The notes below the pieces were generated by a model that saw nothing but the letters and a program-made list of their open reading frames with translations, was not told the origin of the DNA and ran no database searches. A stretch of DNA of 64,000 bases from the human T2T-CHM13v2.0 reference genome, Homo sapiens, in assembly GCF_009914755.1 (NCBI RefSeq), contig NC_060928.1; one strand, given 5' to 3'. Every line of letters starts with the position of its first letter. Positions within the stretch are counted from its first letter, which is position 1. A program made the position numbers and the translations under genes. Of the stretch, positions 35,522 through 50,628 are shown one piece after another.

Positions 35522-35756
35522 CAGTGTGAGAGATGGATTAAGTATATCTCAGTTTAGGAAATTTCTCTTTAAATAAAAAAATTTATCATCTGTCTTTGCC
35601 CAGATTATGCCTTTCAGCACTGGCATTTAATTTGTTACATTTTATATACCTGCATGGCTTTTTAAATTTAAGTATATATATACATATACATAGACAGCTA
35701 TTTTAGTATTTAATAACAGAATTTTTAAAATTAAAGTTTGAAAATATCTTCTTAGG

Positions 35757-35939
35757 TAAAGTTAGCAGACTTAGCAAATAAAAATATAGAACATCCAGTT
35801 AAATTTGAATTTCAGATAAGTGACAATTTTTAATATAAGTATGTTCTATGCAATATTTGGGACATATTTATACTGAAAAAAATTATTTATCTGATAGTCA
35901 CATTTAACTAGATGTCCTGTATTTTATCTGGCAACCCTA
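35757..35939. mobile_element. MER53 palindromic hAT MITE
   Basis: CATCCAGTTAAATTTGAATTTCAGATAA and its inverted counterpart, end CTGGCAACCCTA. 8-bp TSD-like TTCTTAGG / GTCTAAGG. Confidence 0.85.
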
Positions 35940-37236
35940 GTCTAAGGACACAGTCTTAAATAACTAGGCTGTTACTTTAATGTTTTGTACTGGTCATTTC
36001 AGGGTATTCCATGAGAAATGAACACTTGTTGTTCCAACCTATTTGGAAGTTTTGATGTGGACCACTTAAATTGCTAAATGGCTTCATAGGTTCCCTATAG
36101 TTACTTGCCATTACAGAGGTTTGCAGCATATGCGGCCCTTGATCTGAACTATAGTCAACCCAGAAAACTGCCTATGATACTCTGTTATTTTCTGCTGTGC
36201 TGAAGCCAAAGTAATTATGGATTTCTCTGGAGGAAAACACGTCCATTGATTTTAAGTTGTTTGGGGGAATGTTAATTTAATGTAAGTTTCCTTCTGCCAT
36301 GCCTGTTACTTCTATATAGCCTACACAACAGTTGCATAGAAAACAAAATACCTTTTGTTGAGAAGTCTGGGGTTTTGATTTTTTTTTGCTTGTTTAGCTT
36401 TGAAGAGGCAATTTTGGGAGAGGGGTTGGTGAAAGGCAGGAGAAGTAACTGGAGACTTGAAGCAAAGTTCTTTAACCTTAGGTCACTGATCTTCTGAGGT
36501 GCAGGTTAAATTTTGGTTTTGGGAGTTTTATTTGCCCTCAAGTAGCCATCTCAGCAGTCCACCACAGACTAGACAGAAACATGAACACCCTCGGCCACGC
36601 CGCTGATGTTGGCTTTCAGGCCATTCTGAAACCAGCATTACAGGAAAGCCTAATATTTGAACTTTTCACTCTTGGTTCATTTTATTAGACAGCAGTGAAC
36701 ATTATCCTTGTACTAAATGATGAAGAGAAAAATATGAAACACCCTTAAAATTAGTCTTTGTTTTTCTCCTTCCTCTTCTCTTTAGATACATTTCTTTTAG
36801 AAATTATTTCCCCTTAATCCACTTGTCCATATTGAAACATGTTTGAAAATCTAGGTGATAAGGAGAAGGAAAATACAGAAATACAGAAAGACCACCCAAA
36901 AAAATGTTTTTATACACTATTAAATACTTTCCAGTCTCTTAAACTAATTTTTACTTTTGAACTGAGCAGACTAGAAATGAATTTCTCAAATATTAAAAAA
37001 AGAAAAATAATAGAGTCTGTATCCAAGTTTTTTACAGAAGTTGTAGAGGAATCTATAATGTAACATTTTAGTTATATCTAAAAGTTTCTGCATAAATAAA
37101 TTTTTTTAAATAATAATTTATTTTAAGTAGGAAAACTGTAACTGAATCCATGTGCTCTTCTTTCCTGGTGCTATACAGTCAAGGCATTATCCAAATGCCA
37201 GAGAACTTAAATACAGAGCAGCCAAGCTGGGGGCTT

Positions 37237-37366
37237 TAAAAAGAATTTTTTATAGACTATTTTTTAGAGCCATTTTAAGTTCACAAGGAAATTATGCAGA
37301 AGGTACAGAGATTTTCTACATACCTTCTGCCCCAATATGTGCATAAACTATCCCTTTATCAACATC
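37237..37366 (-). mobile_element. Short L1MC/L1MD-like 3' end
   Basis: TTTTTAGAGCCATTTTAAGTTCACA...AGAAGGTACAGAGA. TSD-like AGCTGGGGGCTTT / AGCTAGGTGCTTT. Confidence 0.65.
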
Positions 37367-38439
37367 AGCTAGGTGCTTTTTCATCCAAACAAAAATCAAA
37401 AGAGTGAAACTGTGGTGGAAGAGAAGAACAAAAAATGAGTCTTCTTAAATCATCTTGTACTTAATTTTTATATCTTTAGTCTGTATATTATAGATTAATG
37501 TGTATGTACATATACACATACGTACATAGTATATATCCACATACATACTGTACATAATTATTCTTAGAAAATAAATATTTTGCTTATTATACCAATACAA
37601 CATTGTCAAAAATTCTAAATGGCCTACATTTAAAAATAATCCCCATGCTGAGATTGCTAGCTGTAAGGTTCCAAATTGACCACTGTTAGAGTGAGCTGCT
37701 AGCTTTCTTCCATAGAGATAATCTAAACATATCCTCTCTTCAGACAGGGGAAATGCTACATTGTTATGGTGGCTGACAATTCATTTAGGATAGAACAATA
37801 AAAAGATAAATGTGAGATATGTCAAGCATCTACTATTAGATTTCAGAAGACTATTTTTTAATGAGGGAAAAAAGATATCAAAATAAGTATTTGAGAGGTA
37901 ATGCCTGATGGTGGCTTGCTCATGGAAAACAGTAGCTTTTAATCCTAACAAGGGTGATGATTCATCATATCACCAGCAAATCATGGAACCACTTTGTTAA
38001 GCTTCCTTGTCTGTGATACAGAGAATCATGCTATATCTTACCCCTGAAGTACTGGGGTTACCTAAAGAAATACATATTAATATTAGGTGGTTTTAAAATT
38101 TAGGAAACTATGTAAAGAACTACAAGAAGACAAATATTATAATGTAAACATTTAAAAAAAAAGGTTGTTCCTCTCACATAAAGAGTGATAAATGTGATGT
38201 CACTTAAATGGGTGTGCTTTAGGAGGTGTTGGGCCTTCATAACCCCATTCACACTGGGGCCCCATACAACTAGGCAGGTTCAAAGCTGTGAAGCAACCCC
38301 ACCAGCCATATCCAAGAAGGAATAAAACTGAGCCCTCATTAAGGGTGCTGGCTTTGCTTTTCTCAACCCACTTCACAAGTTTGTTATTCAAGAAGCATGT
38401 ACTGATCATCTATAGGCACATGATGTTGTTTGCTCTATG

Positions 38440-38623
38440 ACGGGGTTTTGCCATGTGCTAGAGATTGTCCTGTGCTTCACAGGATGTTGGGCAGCATTCC
38501 TGGCCTCTACCTTCTAGACACTAATACCTTTCACCCATGTCCTAGCTGTGATGAATAAAAATATTTCCAGATGTTGCCAAATGTCCACTCAAGAGCAAAA
38601 TCACCTCCAGATGAGAACCACTG
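38440..38623 (+). mobile_element. MER20 (hAT-Charlie)
   Basis: CCTGGCCTCTACC, CCAGATGTTGCCAAATGTCC, ends GAGAACCACTG. Confidence 0.8.
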
Positions 38624-38635
38624 GTCTATGCTAAA

Positions 38636-38760
38636 ATGGTGATTCCCAAACTTTTGTAGACATAAGACTCACTTAAAGTCCTGGTTTAAAATATGGGTCC
38701 CTGTGCCCTAAATCCTAAAATTTAATTCAGTAAAGCTGAGATGGGTACAAATAATTTGTA
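38636..38760. mobile_element. MER5-like fragment, truncated
   Basis: GGTGATTCCCAAACTTT terminus; inverted homolog of 40406-40530. Confidence 0.65.
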
Positions 38761-39273
38761 GAAAAAAAAAGAGAAAGAGAAAAAGAAGTGGACTGGGGAG
38801 TGAATATAGGACTCAGGACTCAGGGGCTTAGAGGTACCAAGATGGGGTGACTGAAACGAGTGCTGCAAAGTTGCTTAATAAAATTTCCCTTCAACTCCTC
38901 AAACTTATTGCAGGTATTTCAATATAAATAGTTTTGTATTAATATAACCTCTGTCCTTAGTAGAGTGTGTGGTGTAGAAAGATGTTACAATAAAAGCAAT
39001 TTTTGAATGAATGATTTAATAATGATTTCAAGGGGAAAGCATAAGTGCTTATTCACTTAGTTCAGTGTAGAATGAAGCTGTTTAGTTCTAATGGCCAGGG
39101 GAGGTGTGGTCTGTGACATTTATCAGGAGCCTTGCAGGGAGCAGTGAGTTCTAATCCTGGAAAACCAGAAGCGGGATTGAGGATTAAAATCTACAGTGTA
39201 TTTCATTTGGGCCATCCCTTCACCCAGGACCTGAAATCTCATATTAAATACTTTAGTAAAACTGACTTTCCTA

Positions 39274-39618
<345 letters not shown>

Positions 39619-40344
39619 AATAGAAGAGGGAATGTTAGAACCATTTTCAAATTGTAAAGATTAATTTACTTCCTATTCTTTCTTCTTCTTATATCATCTT
39701 TCTCCAGCCCTCTACTAAAATTCATAAAACTCAACCATGAAAACATTTCTTCATCACTCCCACAGTGAAAAATAAAACAGAGAAGAACAGTGAGATTCCA
39801 GATTAGCACTGGTTATGTTGAGTGCGTTCTCTGGGAAGGGTGTTGTTGTAATACCTTTAGGGAAGGGATAATTATGATCATGAAAGAGTAGACATTTGGT
39901 AGTTGCTTGCTATGTGCCAGACACAGTACTAGGCATATTTCATACTTTGTCTCAAAATATATTTGGGGGATATAAATCTCAGATTCTAGTTATAAAATTT
40001 ACAGCCTCTGTGCCTCTGCTTGTGCCATTTCCTCTGCTTAGAACCCCCTTTTCTCTCATAACTATCCATGAATATGTCATTCTTTATTCAAACCTCACAT
40101 TTCCATGTCTACTTACCTTTAAGACATTCCTAACTTGCCCAACTCTGAAAAAGACAGGATCTTCTTGCTTTGTAAACCTCTGAAATAGTTATTTATATTG
40201 TACACCCAGTACCTACTTTTTGCCTTATATTGCAGTTTTATAAACTCATGAGGCACGTGGCTGCCTTCATTACTGTAAGACAAACTCCTTGAAGGTAAAA
40301 GCCATGTTTTTTTTTTAAGCTTTGTTTTCCTCAAGCACAGTGTT

Positions 40345-40685
40345 TTGCAAAGTTTCAGTTTCAGATTTCTCTTGCATCAGAATCATCTGGGATGTTTGCT
40401 GAAAATCCAGATTACTGGTACCCACCTCAGTTTTGCTGAATTAAATTTTAGAATGTAGGGCCCAGAGACCCATATTTTAAACTAGCATTTTAAATGAGTC
40501 ATGTGTCCACAAAAGTTTGGGAATCACTGTTTGAGCAGAGAGCAGTGGTTCTCAGCTGGAGATGATTTTGCTCTTGAGGGGACATTTGTCAACATCTGGG
40601 ACCATTTTTGCTCTTTACACTTGGGACAGGGGTGAGTACTACTCGTATCTAGAGGGTAGAGGCCAGGGATACTGCTCAACATTCT
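40345..40685 (-). mobile_element. MER5-like element followed by a partial MER20 (inverted copy of 38481-38760)
   Basis: GCATCAGAATCATCTGGG...AAGTTTGGGAATCACTG, then CAGTGGTTCTCAG...GGTAGAGGCCAGGGATACTGCT. Confidence 0.75.
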
Positions 40686-41257
40686 TCCTCCTTGAAGGCA
40701 ATAGTTACTTTTATAAAAATATTTTTATAAGCTCTGTCCCTAGTAGTGTGTGGTGTAGAAAGGTGTTATATAAAAGCAATTTTTTGATGATTGATTTAAT
40801 AAATGGATTATTCCCTAGTCTTTCCCACCATTGGTTTCAAAGCATTCAACTTCTAAGCTGTTGCTTTAAACTGCTTATAGAGATAAACCTCATCTGAAAC
40901 TGTTCAGAGTTGTATCAAGTCTTTTAGCCAGAGAAGAATAGTCTTTCCTCTTTCAAAGCTCACTTCCACTTTGTGGACACTCATTAGTGCCCTGATGCCT
41001 ACCTCAGTCTTAAACCCAAAGTCCATTTACAGAGGTGACTGATGTCCTAAGAAGCCTTTGGTCCCCAAACCTAGCCACTTTCTAAATTTATCTAGTAGTG
41101 AAGTATCCTGTCGATATTCCTAAGAAAAAAGTGGAGGTTTCACTGAGGTTCTTTATAAAACATTTATATAATGCATAATCTATTACACATTAAAATTATG
41201 CAACCATAATTCTCACTCAGAGAGCCGTTTGTTTCCAAACTCACAAACAAAAAATAT

Positions 41258-41455
41258 CTTGCTTTTTGTTTTTGGTTTTTAAATTGTCTTTTTGTTTTAT
41301 AGGTCCTGTGTGATTTATGCTTTAAAGAGTTTCTGTTTTGATGTGTTTCTAGGATTTGTTTCATGATTTAGAACTCCTTTTAGCAGTTCTTGTAGCGGTG
41401 GCTTGGTAGTGGCGAATTCTCTCAGCATTTATCTATCCGAAAAAGACTGTATTTT
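41258..41455 (-). mobile_element. L1PB-like internal fragment (ORF1 end and inter-ORF A-rich tract)
   Basis: Reverse reads MLREFATTKPPLQELLKGVLN, then ACAGGACCTATAAAACAAAAAG and an A-rich run. Confidence 0.75.
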
Positions 41456-44400
41456 TCATAAAACCTTCTTCTTGGAAGAATATCCATTTTCCTATTTGTT
41501 TTTATAGGAAATATAGACAAGGTGGTCAGTCTTTTTTTTCTATAACATTCTACAATGTGGGTTAAAAGAAATAATTCTAAATTTAGAAGCTTTTTTCTGA
41601 AATTTATTATCTTTACAATTTGTTTTAGTTATCAAACTCTATAAAATCACTGAACACTGTGGAGTTTACTAAAGTGGAACTGTAAATGGTTCTTGCCCTG
41701 ATGGCACATGAAATGGCTTTGGGAGACAATACTCAGCTGAACAGTGGATAAATAACCAAATAAGGCAGTCCATATTTTAGGTCCAGCGTTAGGAGTTCAC
41801 ACATAAATTTGCAAAGCCATACTCAAACGTAGAAACCGAAGTGTATTGGAGTAATCAGGTAAAATTTTGAGATTCAGACTGATGAAGAGGAAGGTTAGAA
41901 GAAAGAGCACATTAATCAGAGGATAGCGATGCAGAGGAAGACGGAATTTCTGAAAAGTGCGAAATAGGAAAATGAGACTAGTGTAGCACAAATCGTGGTA
42001 TGTGTTGATAAATTCTGGAATGGAGGAGTATCAGCTACTTGGTGAACTTACTAAGAGTGCCTTGAATGCTCAGCTGCATAGTAGGCAATGAAACACTATG
42101 AAGTGGTATGGACAGATGAGTAACTGAGTGAGAATAGTATTTTAAGAACATTAGTTTGGAATGGTTGCAGATTGGGTAGAGGAAAGAAGAGATGGTTTGC
42201 AGATTGATAGAGGAAAAAGGACAATGGAGACAGGAAATCCAGTTAGAAAAGTATTACACTTATTCAGAAAGAAAGCAATTAGTTCCCCAACTAAGCTTGT
42301 GACAGAAAAGGGCAGATGGTTATAGTTTTGTCAAAGATGAGTAAATGGAACTGAGCAAATTCATTGGATGTATGGGGTAAAGTAAAGGGGTGAGAAATTG
42401 CCTCCAATTCTAATCATAAAATCCTAGGACAGATGTATTCTCCTTAAATCCTCTCCGTCTACCTTGTCCTCTTAAAATTTGCCCAAAATTTTCTGCCCAC
42501 CATACTTGAGAATCTATGAGTTGTTTTTTGTTTGTTTGTTTCAGAGAATAGCACCTAACACCTAAATCTACCAACACTAACAATGTGACTTTTGAGAGGC
42601 AAAGTTCAAAATCTGCAAAATCAGAACATTTCAGAGATAATAGTCTATCTGTTTAACATTCTTCACCACATGCCTCCATTTATTCATAGTGCCATTAAAA
42701 ATGTTTGGTGTTCATTCCTGAAACCAACCCTGGGCTTCTGGATCCAACAGCAGAGTCGATTATATGATTGCTTAAACATCAAAGCTTTCCTTCACTAATG
42801 TTCTTACCAGGGGACATAAACAGGCAGGTCTTTTCTCTCTGGTTTAGGCAAATGTCTATGTTGTTCAAACCAGCATACTGTACATTCCTGTGTGATTTTA
42901 TGTGTTTGATCATTGGACAGATGGAATACCTGCTTTTCCCATTGCTATCAATTGAATGTGTGCAGTGCACATCCTGCTCAAAGCAGACCTGTTTTGTCGG
43001 GCAGAAGTCAGGGCTTACTGCCCTGGGACAGCCCATTTCTTGGAAATGCTCGTAGGATCTTCAGTTTCCCCTTCTGAGGTATACGAGGAAAATCTTACCC
43101 TGAGGAAATATAAAAGGATTTCCTGACACCAGCCAAAGAAACAGGTGCACACATATTTGATTTGATAAAAATGGGATACATAAGGTATGGCCATAGTGCA
43201 AGCATATTATTTCCCCCTGCTCCACAGTTTCAGTGGTCCACTCAGAAAACTTCTGCCCTGAGTAATCACTGTCTCCATAATAAATTTGAGTGCCTTACTC
43301 TGGAATTCCTTCACAATCTGGCCCCAGTTGGCTTTTCCAACCATATTACAAACTATACCCATTTAAGATCTTGCCACACTAAGCTACTTACTGTTACCTG
43401 ATCCTCAACCCAAGCTCTAGCCTTGCTGATGTGCTTTCTTCGATTTAAGCTTATCTTCCTTCACAATCCAAATGTCCAAATTCTTGGCATCCTAAAAATC
43501 CCATTTATTTGGCAACCCATGAAGACTTTCTTCATCTCCCAGGTGCAAGTCAGCCCTCACTGCCTTATCCTCCCAGTGCAAGTTACATGTATTTATCTGA
43601 TGGCACCTACAATTTCTACCTGAATTAAGACTAATAGTCTTACCTGTGGACTATGTACATCTTGGGGAGTTTATGCCTGATCCATCTTTGAGTGCTTCAC
43701 CCTAGGGTCTTGTATCTATGACATGGTGGAAAGAATACTTGGAGAAAATTTAGGTTCAAGTCTCCCTCTAGCTGTGTCACTGTGATCAGTTTATAAATTT
43801 CAATATATCTTTTTAAGATTAGGTGTGATAACATAAAAGTCATTCCCTAAAGGATTAGATAGTTAATATAGTTAATGACAATATTAATACACCATGGATG
43901 ACACACCAGTTTAAAAAATTAATCTACTGACATTACTATTAGAGAGATTTTTTTTTTTATGTAACATCACACACTGACCCAATTTGTTTCCCAGTTGGGA
44001 CACCCCTGAAGTGTATCTGTTAATCAGAAGAAAACAAGTTAAAATGTGATCCTGATATTAAAATTACTGAACCCTCCTCACCTGTCTTCTGATCACTGGC
44101 TCAGCCTCCTGACCTTTTTTTTTTTTTTTTTTTTTACTATACTTAGCCTGTGTTATACTGATTCACAAGAGCTGCCAGTAAGATGAAATGGAGGTAGTTT
44201 AATTACTAAAACAAAAAAAAACCACCATTTATTCATTCAAAAACTATTTATTGAGTGTTCCTAAAGGTCAGATACTCTTCTAGGTTCTAGTGATAGAGTC
44301 GTGAATAAGACAGATTTCTGTTTTGCCCTTGAGATGTTTACAAACTAGTAGAGGAGAAAGTTAGCTTGGCATAAAATTCCATTTCAGTATAACATGGTAT

Positions 44401-44745
44401 GTTAGTTTTTGGAGTGGAGTAGAAGGAGCAAGTGGTCAAAAAGAAGCTTACCAGAAAAAAACGTATTCAATGGCTAATAAAACCCATTCATGATCAAGCA
44501 AAATGTACTTCCCACTTCGTTTGTGGGAACATGCATTCAAGTTGAGTTCATTGTGTTAAAAGATAACAAATGGTGAGGCTGCAGAGAAATAGGAACATTT
44601 GCACACTGTTGGTGGGAATGTAAATTAGTACAGCCATTAGAGTAAACAGTATTGAGGTTTCTAAAACAATTAAAAATAGAACTACCATATGATCCAGCAA
44701 TTCCACTACTGCTTATATATCCAAAGGAAATAAAATCAATGTCTT

Positions 44746-45467
44746 TACCATCTCACACCAGGTAGAATGGCGATCATTAAAAAGTCAGGAAACAACAGTT
44801 GCTAGAGAGGATGTGGAGAAATAGGAATGCTTTTATATTGTTGGTGGGAGTGTAAATTAATTCAACCATTGTGAAAGACAGTGTGGCGATTCCTCAAGGA
44901 TCTAGAATTAGAAATAACATTTGACCCAGCAATCCCATTACTGGGTATATACCCAAAGGATTACAAATCATTCTACTATAAAGACACATGCACACATATG
45001 TTTGTTGCAACACTGTTCACAAGAGCAAAGACTTGGAACCAACCAAAATGTCCATCAATGATAGACTGGATTAAGAAAATGTGAAACATATACACCATGG
45101 AATAATATGCAGCCATAAAAAAGGATGAGTTCATGTCCTTTGCAGGGACACGGGTGATGGTGGAAACCATCATTCTCAGCAAACTAACACAGGAACAGAA
45201 AACCAAACACCGCATGTTCTCACTCATAAGTGGGAGTTGAACAATGAGAACACATGGACACAGGGAGGGGAACATCAGACACTGGGGCATGTTGGGGGGT
45301 GAGGGGCTAGGGGAGGGATGGCATTAGGGGACATGCCTAACATAGATGATGAGTTGATAGGTGCAGAAAACCACCGTGGCACGTGTATACCTATGTAACA
45401 AACCTGCGTGTTCTGCACATGTACTCCAGAACTTAAAGTATAATAAATAAATAAATAAAATAAAATA
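44746..45467 (+). mobile_element. 5'-truncated L1PA7/8-like insertion
   Basis: ORF2 C-terminus and 3' UTR. TSD AAATAAAATCAATGTCTT (44728-44745) / AAATAAGATCAGTGTCTT (45468-45485). Confidence 0.9.
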
Positions 45468-45756
45468 AAATAAGATCAGTGTCTTAAAAAGAGATCTGCA
45501 GTCTCATATTTATTGCAACATTATTCACAGTAGCCAAGATAGTCAACCTAAGTGTCTATCAGTGAAATGAATGGATAGAGGAAATGTGGTATATATACAC
45601 AATGGAATACCATTCTGCCATAAAAAGAAGGCAGTCCTGTCATTTGTGGCAACATGAATGAACTGGAGGACATTATGTTAAGTGAAATAAGCCAGGTACA
45701 AATACTGCACGACCTCATTCCTATGTGAAATCTAAAAAAGTTGATATAGAAATAGA

Positions 45757-45994
45757 GAGGTCAGGAGACTGAGACCATCTGGCTAACACGGTGAAACCCT
45801 GTCTCTACTAAAAATAAAAAAAAATAAAAAATAAATTAGCCAGCCGTAGTGGCGGGCGCCTCTAGTCCCAGCTACTCAGGAGGCTGAGGCAGGAGAATGG
45901 CGTGAACCCGGGAGGCAGAGCTTGCAGTGAGCCGAGACCGTGCCACTGCACTGCAGCCTGGGCAACAGAGCGACACTCCATCAAAAAAAAAAAA
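45757..45994 (+). mobile_element. 5'-truncated AluY
   Basis: GGCTAACACGGTGAAACC and GAATGGCGTGAACCCGGGAGG are AluY diagnostics; AGAAATAGAG repeated on both flanks. Confidence 0.9.
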
Positions 45995-46625
45995 GATATA
46001 TAGAGAGAAATAGAGAGTAGAATGGTGGTTACCAGAGGCAGGGGCAGTTGGGGTATGGGGGACTGTGGAGATGTTGGTCAATGGGTACAAAATTTCAGTT
46101 AGATAGGAAAAATATGAGATCTATTGTACAATATTGTACAATAGTTAATGATGAAATTCTTGAAATGCTTGTATTCTTGAAAAATGCTAAGAAAGTGAAT
46201 GTTAAATGTTCTCACCACAAAAATGATAATTTTGTGAGGTAAATACATATTTTAATTAGATTTTACCATTCCACAATTTATACTATTACATTGAAATAAA
46301 TTAAAATAAATAAGTAAATGGAGCTCATTGTGGAAAATGTGGGTGATGAAGATGTAATTTATGCCTATTCACCATACCCATGGTTGCCTTCAGTCTTCAA
46401 ATTCCCTATAGAGAAGCTTGCTTGAAACTCCAGAATCATAGTAAGTATGTCCCTCAGTGTGCTTAGTGAAGGCCAAAGCTGGAAATTATTGAGAAGGAAA
46501 GAGAAATCTTTTAGGGTTCCATTAGCTAAGGATTAAAGGAGAGAGCTGAAACCAAGAACAGGAGAGTTAGATGTTGATTGGTGTTCAAAAGAGAGGCACT
46601 TAATATTCTGCCACCTTGGGGCAGA

Positions 46626-46626
<1 letters not shown>

Positions 46627-46661
<35 letters not shown>
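46627..46661. repeat. (TG)17 microsatellite
   Basis: Perfect dinucleotide run. Confidence 0.97.
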
Positions 46662-46663
<2 letters not shown>

Positions 46664-48286
46664 AAACACAGATATAACTTTGGTGATATAAAGGCTGGGT
46701 AAACATGGTATGATAGTAGAGTGGGAAGGCTGACAGGGTATGTTGAATATCTGCTGCCCCAGAAAGGGCCAGGAAACATTAAAAATGCTGCTGTTCTCTA
46801 GAGATGAGGAAAAGCATGTTTATAAAGTAAATATAGTAATAATAATAACATGTAATATATAAACACAAAGGTTGGTAATAAGTCATCCTATTATTTCTTA
46901 TTGACAATGAATGACAATTGGTGATTGTGACTTTACTCACCACTAAGTTGTTTGAGGTATGGTTTCCAGATCTGATTTTCTATGATCTGTGACTGCAAAA
47001 AATTTAGAACTCATAAATTAAAATTTTAAAACCTCTGCTAGTATTTTATTTTTATTTTATTGAAGTTCATGTAAGTTGAAATAACACACACACAAGACTA
47101 GGCTATCCATCTTATCTCTATATTCCTGGTCACATACTTGACATTTTATTGAGACAGATCCTCTTTGGTTCTAAATTTACTTAGGTCTGTGACACACTCT
47201 CTCTTTGAAGACAGCTTTTCAAGTACTTTTTTTTATTATTGAAATACATTAATTTAGAAGTTTAAGGATTAAATACGGTGATTGGGGTTGTTCAGACAGT
47301 TTCAAGGTGACATATACGGGAATTGCTATGCTTCAGGCATGTTTAATAGCTAATGAATGAGGAGTGACTACAAAATGCTAGGGAATGACTCCTATCATGG
47401 TTCAATTTAGATCAGCATTTTAAAAATTCTTGCCTCTTCTCAAATTATTACCTCTTTTGTAGCCCAAACACTGTGATCTACGTACCAATATTTCTAAAAT
47501 TTTATCTAATTTTCTGCTGCTGGTTAACATATCTACTTACCAATATAACATAAACACTTAACTAGATACAATTAGATACTTGTTCAGTGCTGTGGAAGCT
47601 TAACTGAAACTATCTATTAAAGAATTTTAGCACTTTTTCAAAAGTAACTTTTTCTACCTATTCAATTATCTGAGAAATATTTCATGGATTTTATTCATCA
47701 TTCCACATTTGATTTTATAAGCTAAACTGAAGTATACTGAAAATATGATTTATAATTTTATATCAATTTATAATTATATGAATAATTTACCAAGGATAAC
47801 ACAGCTGACTCACATCCACATATTATTTTTATAGTATATACAAAAATTGTTTTACAAGTACATCAATAGTTTTTAAAACATTCATATTCCTTGACCCATT
47901 TATTTTATCTTTGTGGATTTATTCTAAAGAAATTGTTATAAATACACATACATTTAACCACTAAGATATTTATTGCACCATTATTTATGACAGAAAAAAA
48001 TTCAAAACTGTTTGCAGAATAGAAAAATGAATAGGTAGTTGTTATTATAACTATTTGAAGGAATATCATGCAAAAGATACTTATGAAGATCTTTATAACA
48101 TGAAAAATGTTTAGATTATAACATTAACTGAAAAGAAATTTATACACAAAATTGCACAAGCACAGACTTAATGGCAAGAAAATAGAGTTCTCAAATATGC
48201 ATTTTCAGACATTCTACTTACTACTTAATTTCATTTCCATTACAGGAAAAAAAGCAAACAAACAAGTAAATATTTGAGGGATACTT

Positions 48287-50628
48287 CCCTGATACAAGGC
48301 TGGTTCAACATAAGCAAATCAATAAACATAATCCATCAGATAAACAGAACCAACAACAAAAACCACATGATTATCTCAATAGATACAGAAAAGACCTTTG
48401 ACAAAATTCAACAGCCCTTCATGCTAAAAACTCTCAAGAAACTAGGTATTGATGGGACGTATCTCAAAATAATAAGAGCTATTTATGACAAACCCACAGC
48501 CAACGTAATACTGAATGAGCAAAAACTGGAAGCATTCCCTTTGAAAACCGGCACAAGACAAGGATGCCCTCTCTCACCACTCCTATTCAACATAGTATTG
48601 GAAGTTCTGGCCAGGGCAATCAGGCAAGAGAGAGAAATAAAGGGTATTCAATTAGGAAAAGAGGAAGTCAAATTGTCTCTGTTTGCAGATGACATGATTG
48701 TATATTTAAAAAACCCCATCATCTCAGCCCAAAATCTCCTTAAGCTGATAAGCAACTTCAGCAAAGTCTCCGGATACAAAATCAATGGGCAAAAATCACA
48801 AGTATTCCTACATACTAAGAACAGACAAACAGAGAGGCGAATAATGAGTGAACTCCCATTCACAAGTGCTACAAAGAGAATAAAATACCTAGGAATCCAA
48901 CTTACAAGGGATGTGAAGGACCTCTTCAAGGAGAACTACAAACCACTGCTGAACGAAATAAAAGTGGACACAAACAAATGGAAGAACATTCCATGCTCAC
49001 GGATAGGGAGAATCAATAGCATTAAAATGGCCATTCTGCCGAAGGTAATTTGTAGATTCAATGCTATCCCCATCAAACTACCACTGATTTTATTCACAGA
49101 ATTGGAAACAACTACTTTAAATTTCATATGGAACAAAAGAAGAGCCCACATAGCCAAGACAATGCTAAGCAAACAGAACAAAGCTGAAGGCATCACACTA
49201 CCTGACTTCAAACTATACTACAAGGCTACAGTAACCAAAACAGCATGGTATTGGTACCAAAATAGAGATTCAGACCAATGGAACAGAACAGAGGCCTCAG
49301 AAATAACACCACACATCTATAACCATCTGATCTTTGACAAACCTGACAAAAACAAGCAATGGGGAAAGGATTCCCATTTAATAAATGGTGCTGGGAAAAC
49401 CGGCTAGCCATGTGTAGAAAGCTGAAACTGGATCCCTTCCTTACACCTTATACAAAAATTAACTCAAGATGGATTAAAGACTTAAATGTGAGACCTAACA
49501 CCATAAAAACCCTAGAAGAAAACCTAGGCAATACCATTCAGGACACAGGCATGGGTAAAGATTTCATGACTAAAACACCAAAAGCAATGGCAACAAAAGT
49601 CAAAAGAGACAAATGGGATCTAATTAAACTAAAGGCTTCTGCACAGCAAAAGAAATTATCATCAGAGTGAACAGGAAATCTACAGAACAGGAGAAAATTT
49701 TTGCAATCTATCCATCTGACAAAGGGCTAATATCCAGAATCTACAAAGAACTTAAACAAATTTACAAGAAAAAAACAAACAACCCCATCAAAAAGTTGGC
49801 AAATGATATGAACAGACAAAGAAGCCATTTATGCAGGCAACAGACATATGAAAAAATGCTCATCATCATTGGTCATCAGAGAAATGCAAATCAAAACCAC
49901 AATGAGATACCATCTCACGCCAGTTAGAATGGCGATCATTAAAAAGTCAGGAAACAACAGATGCTGGAGAGGATATGGAGAAATAGGAAGGCTTTTACAC
50001 TGTTGGTGGGAGTGTAAATTAGTTCAACCATTGTGGAAGACAGTGTGGCAATTCCTCAAGGATCTAGAACTAAATACCATTTGACCCAGCAATCCCATTA
50101 CTGAGTATATACCCAGAGGATTATAAATCATGCTATTATAAAGACACATGCACACATATGTTTATTGCAGCACTATTCACAATAGCAAAGACTTGGAACC
50201 AACCCAAGTGTCCATCAATAATAGACTGGATAAAGAAAATGTGGCACATATACACCATGGACTACTATGCAGCCATAAAAAAAGTTGAGTTCATGTCCTT
50301 TGCAGGGACATGGATGAAGCTGGAAACCATCATTCTCAGCAAAATATCACCAGGGCAGAAAATCAAACACTGCATGTTCTCACTCATAAGTGGGAGTTGA
50401 ACAATGAGAACACATGGATACAGGGAGGGGAACATCGCACACTGGGGCCTGTCATGGGATGGGAGGCTGAGGGAGTGATAGCGTTAGGAGAAATACCTAA
50501 TGTAAATGATGAGTTGGTGGGTGCAGCAAACCCCCATAGCACATGTATACCTATGTAACAAACCTGCATGTTGTGCACATGTGTCCTATAACTTAAAGTA
50601 TAATAATAAAAAACAAAAATACAAAAAG
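48287..50628 (+). mobile_element. 5'-truncated L1PA6/7-like element (RT to 3' end)
   Basis: 377-aa ORF2 piece (48274-49407) with [10 protein letters not shown] and LFADDM, frameshifted C-terminus, 3' UTR and A-rich tail. No clear TSD. Confidence 0.92.

Larger units (their letters stand above)
44560..46300 (+). mobile_element. L1MA-type 3' end hosting an L1PA and an AluY
   Basis: GAACTACCATATGATCCAGCAATTCC, GGTACAAAATTTCAGTTAGATAGGA, TGTTCTCACCACAAAAATGATAA motifs. Confidence 0.8.
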
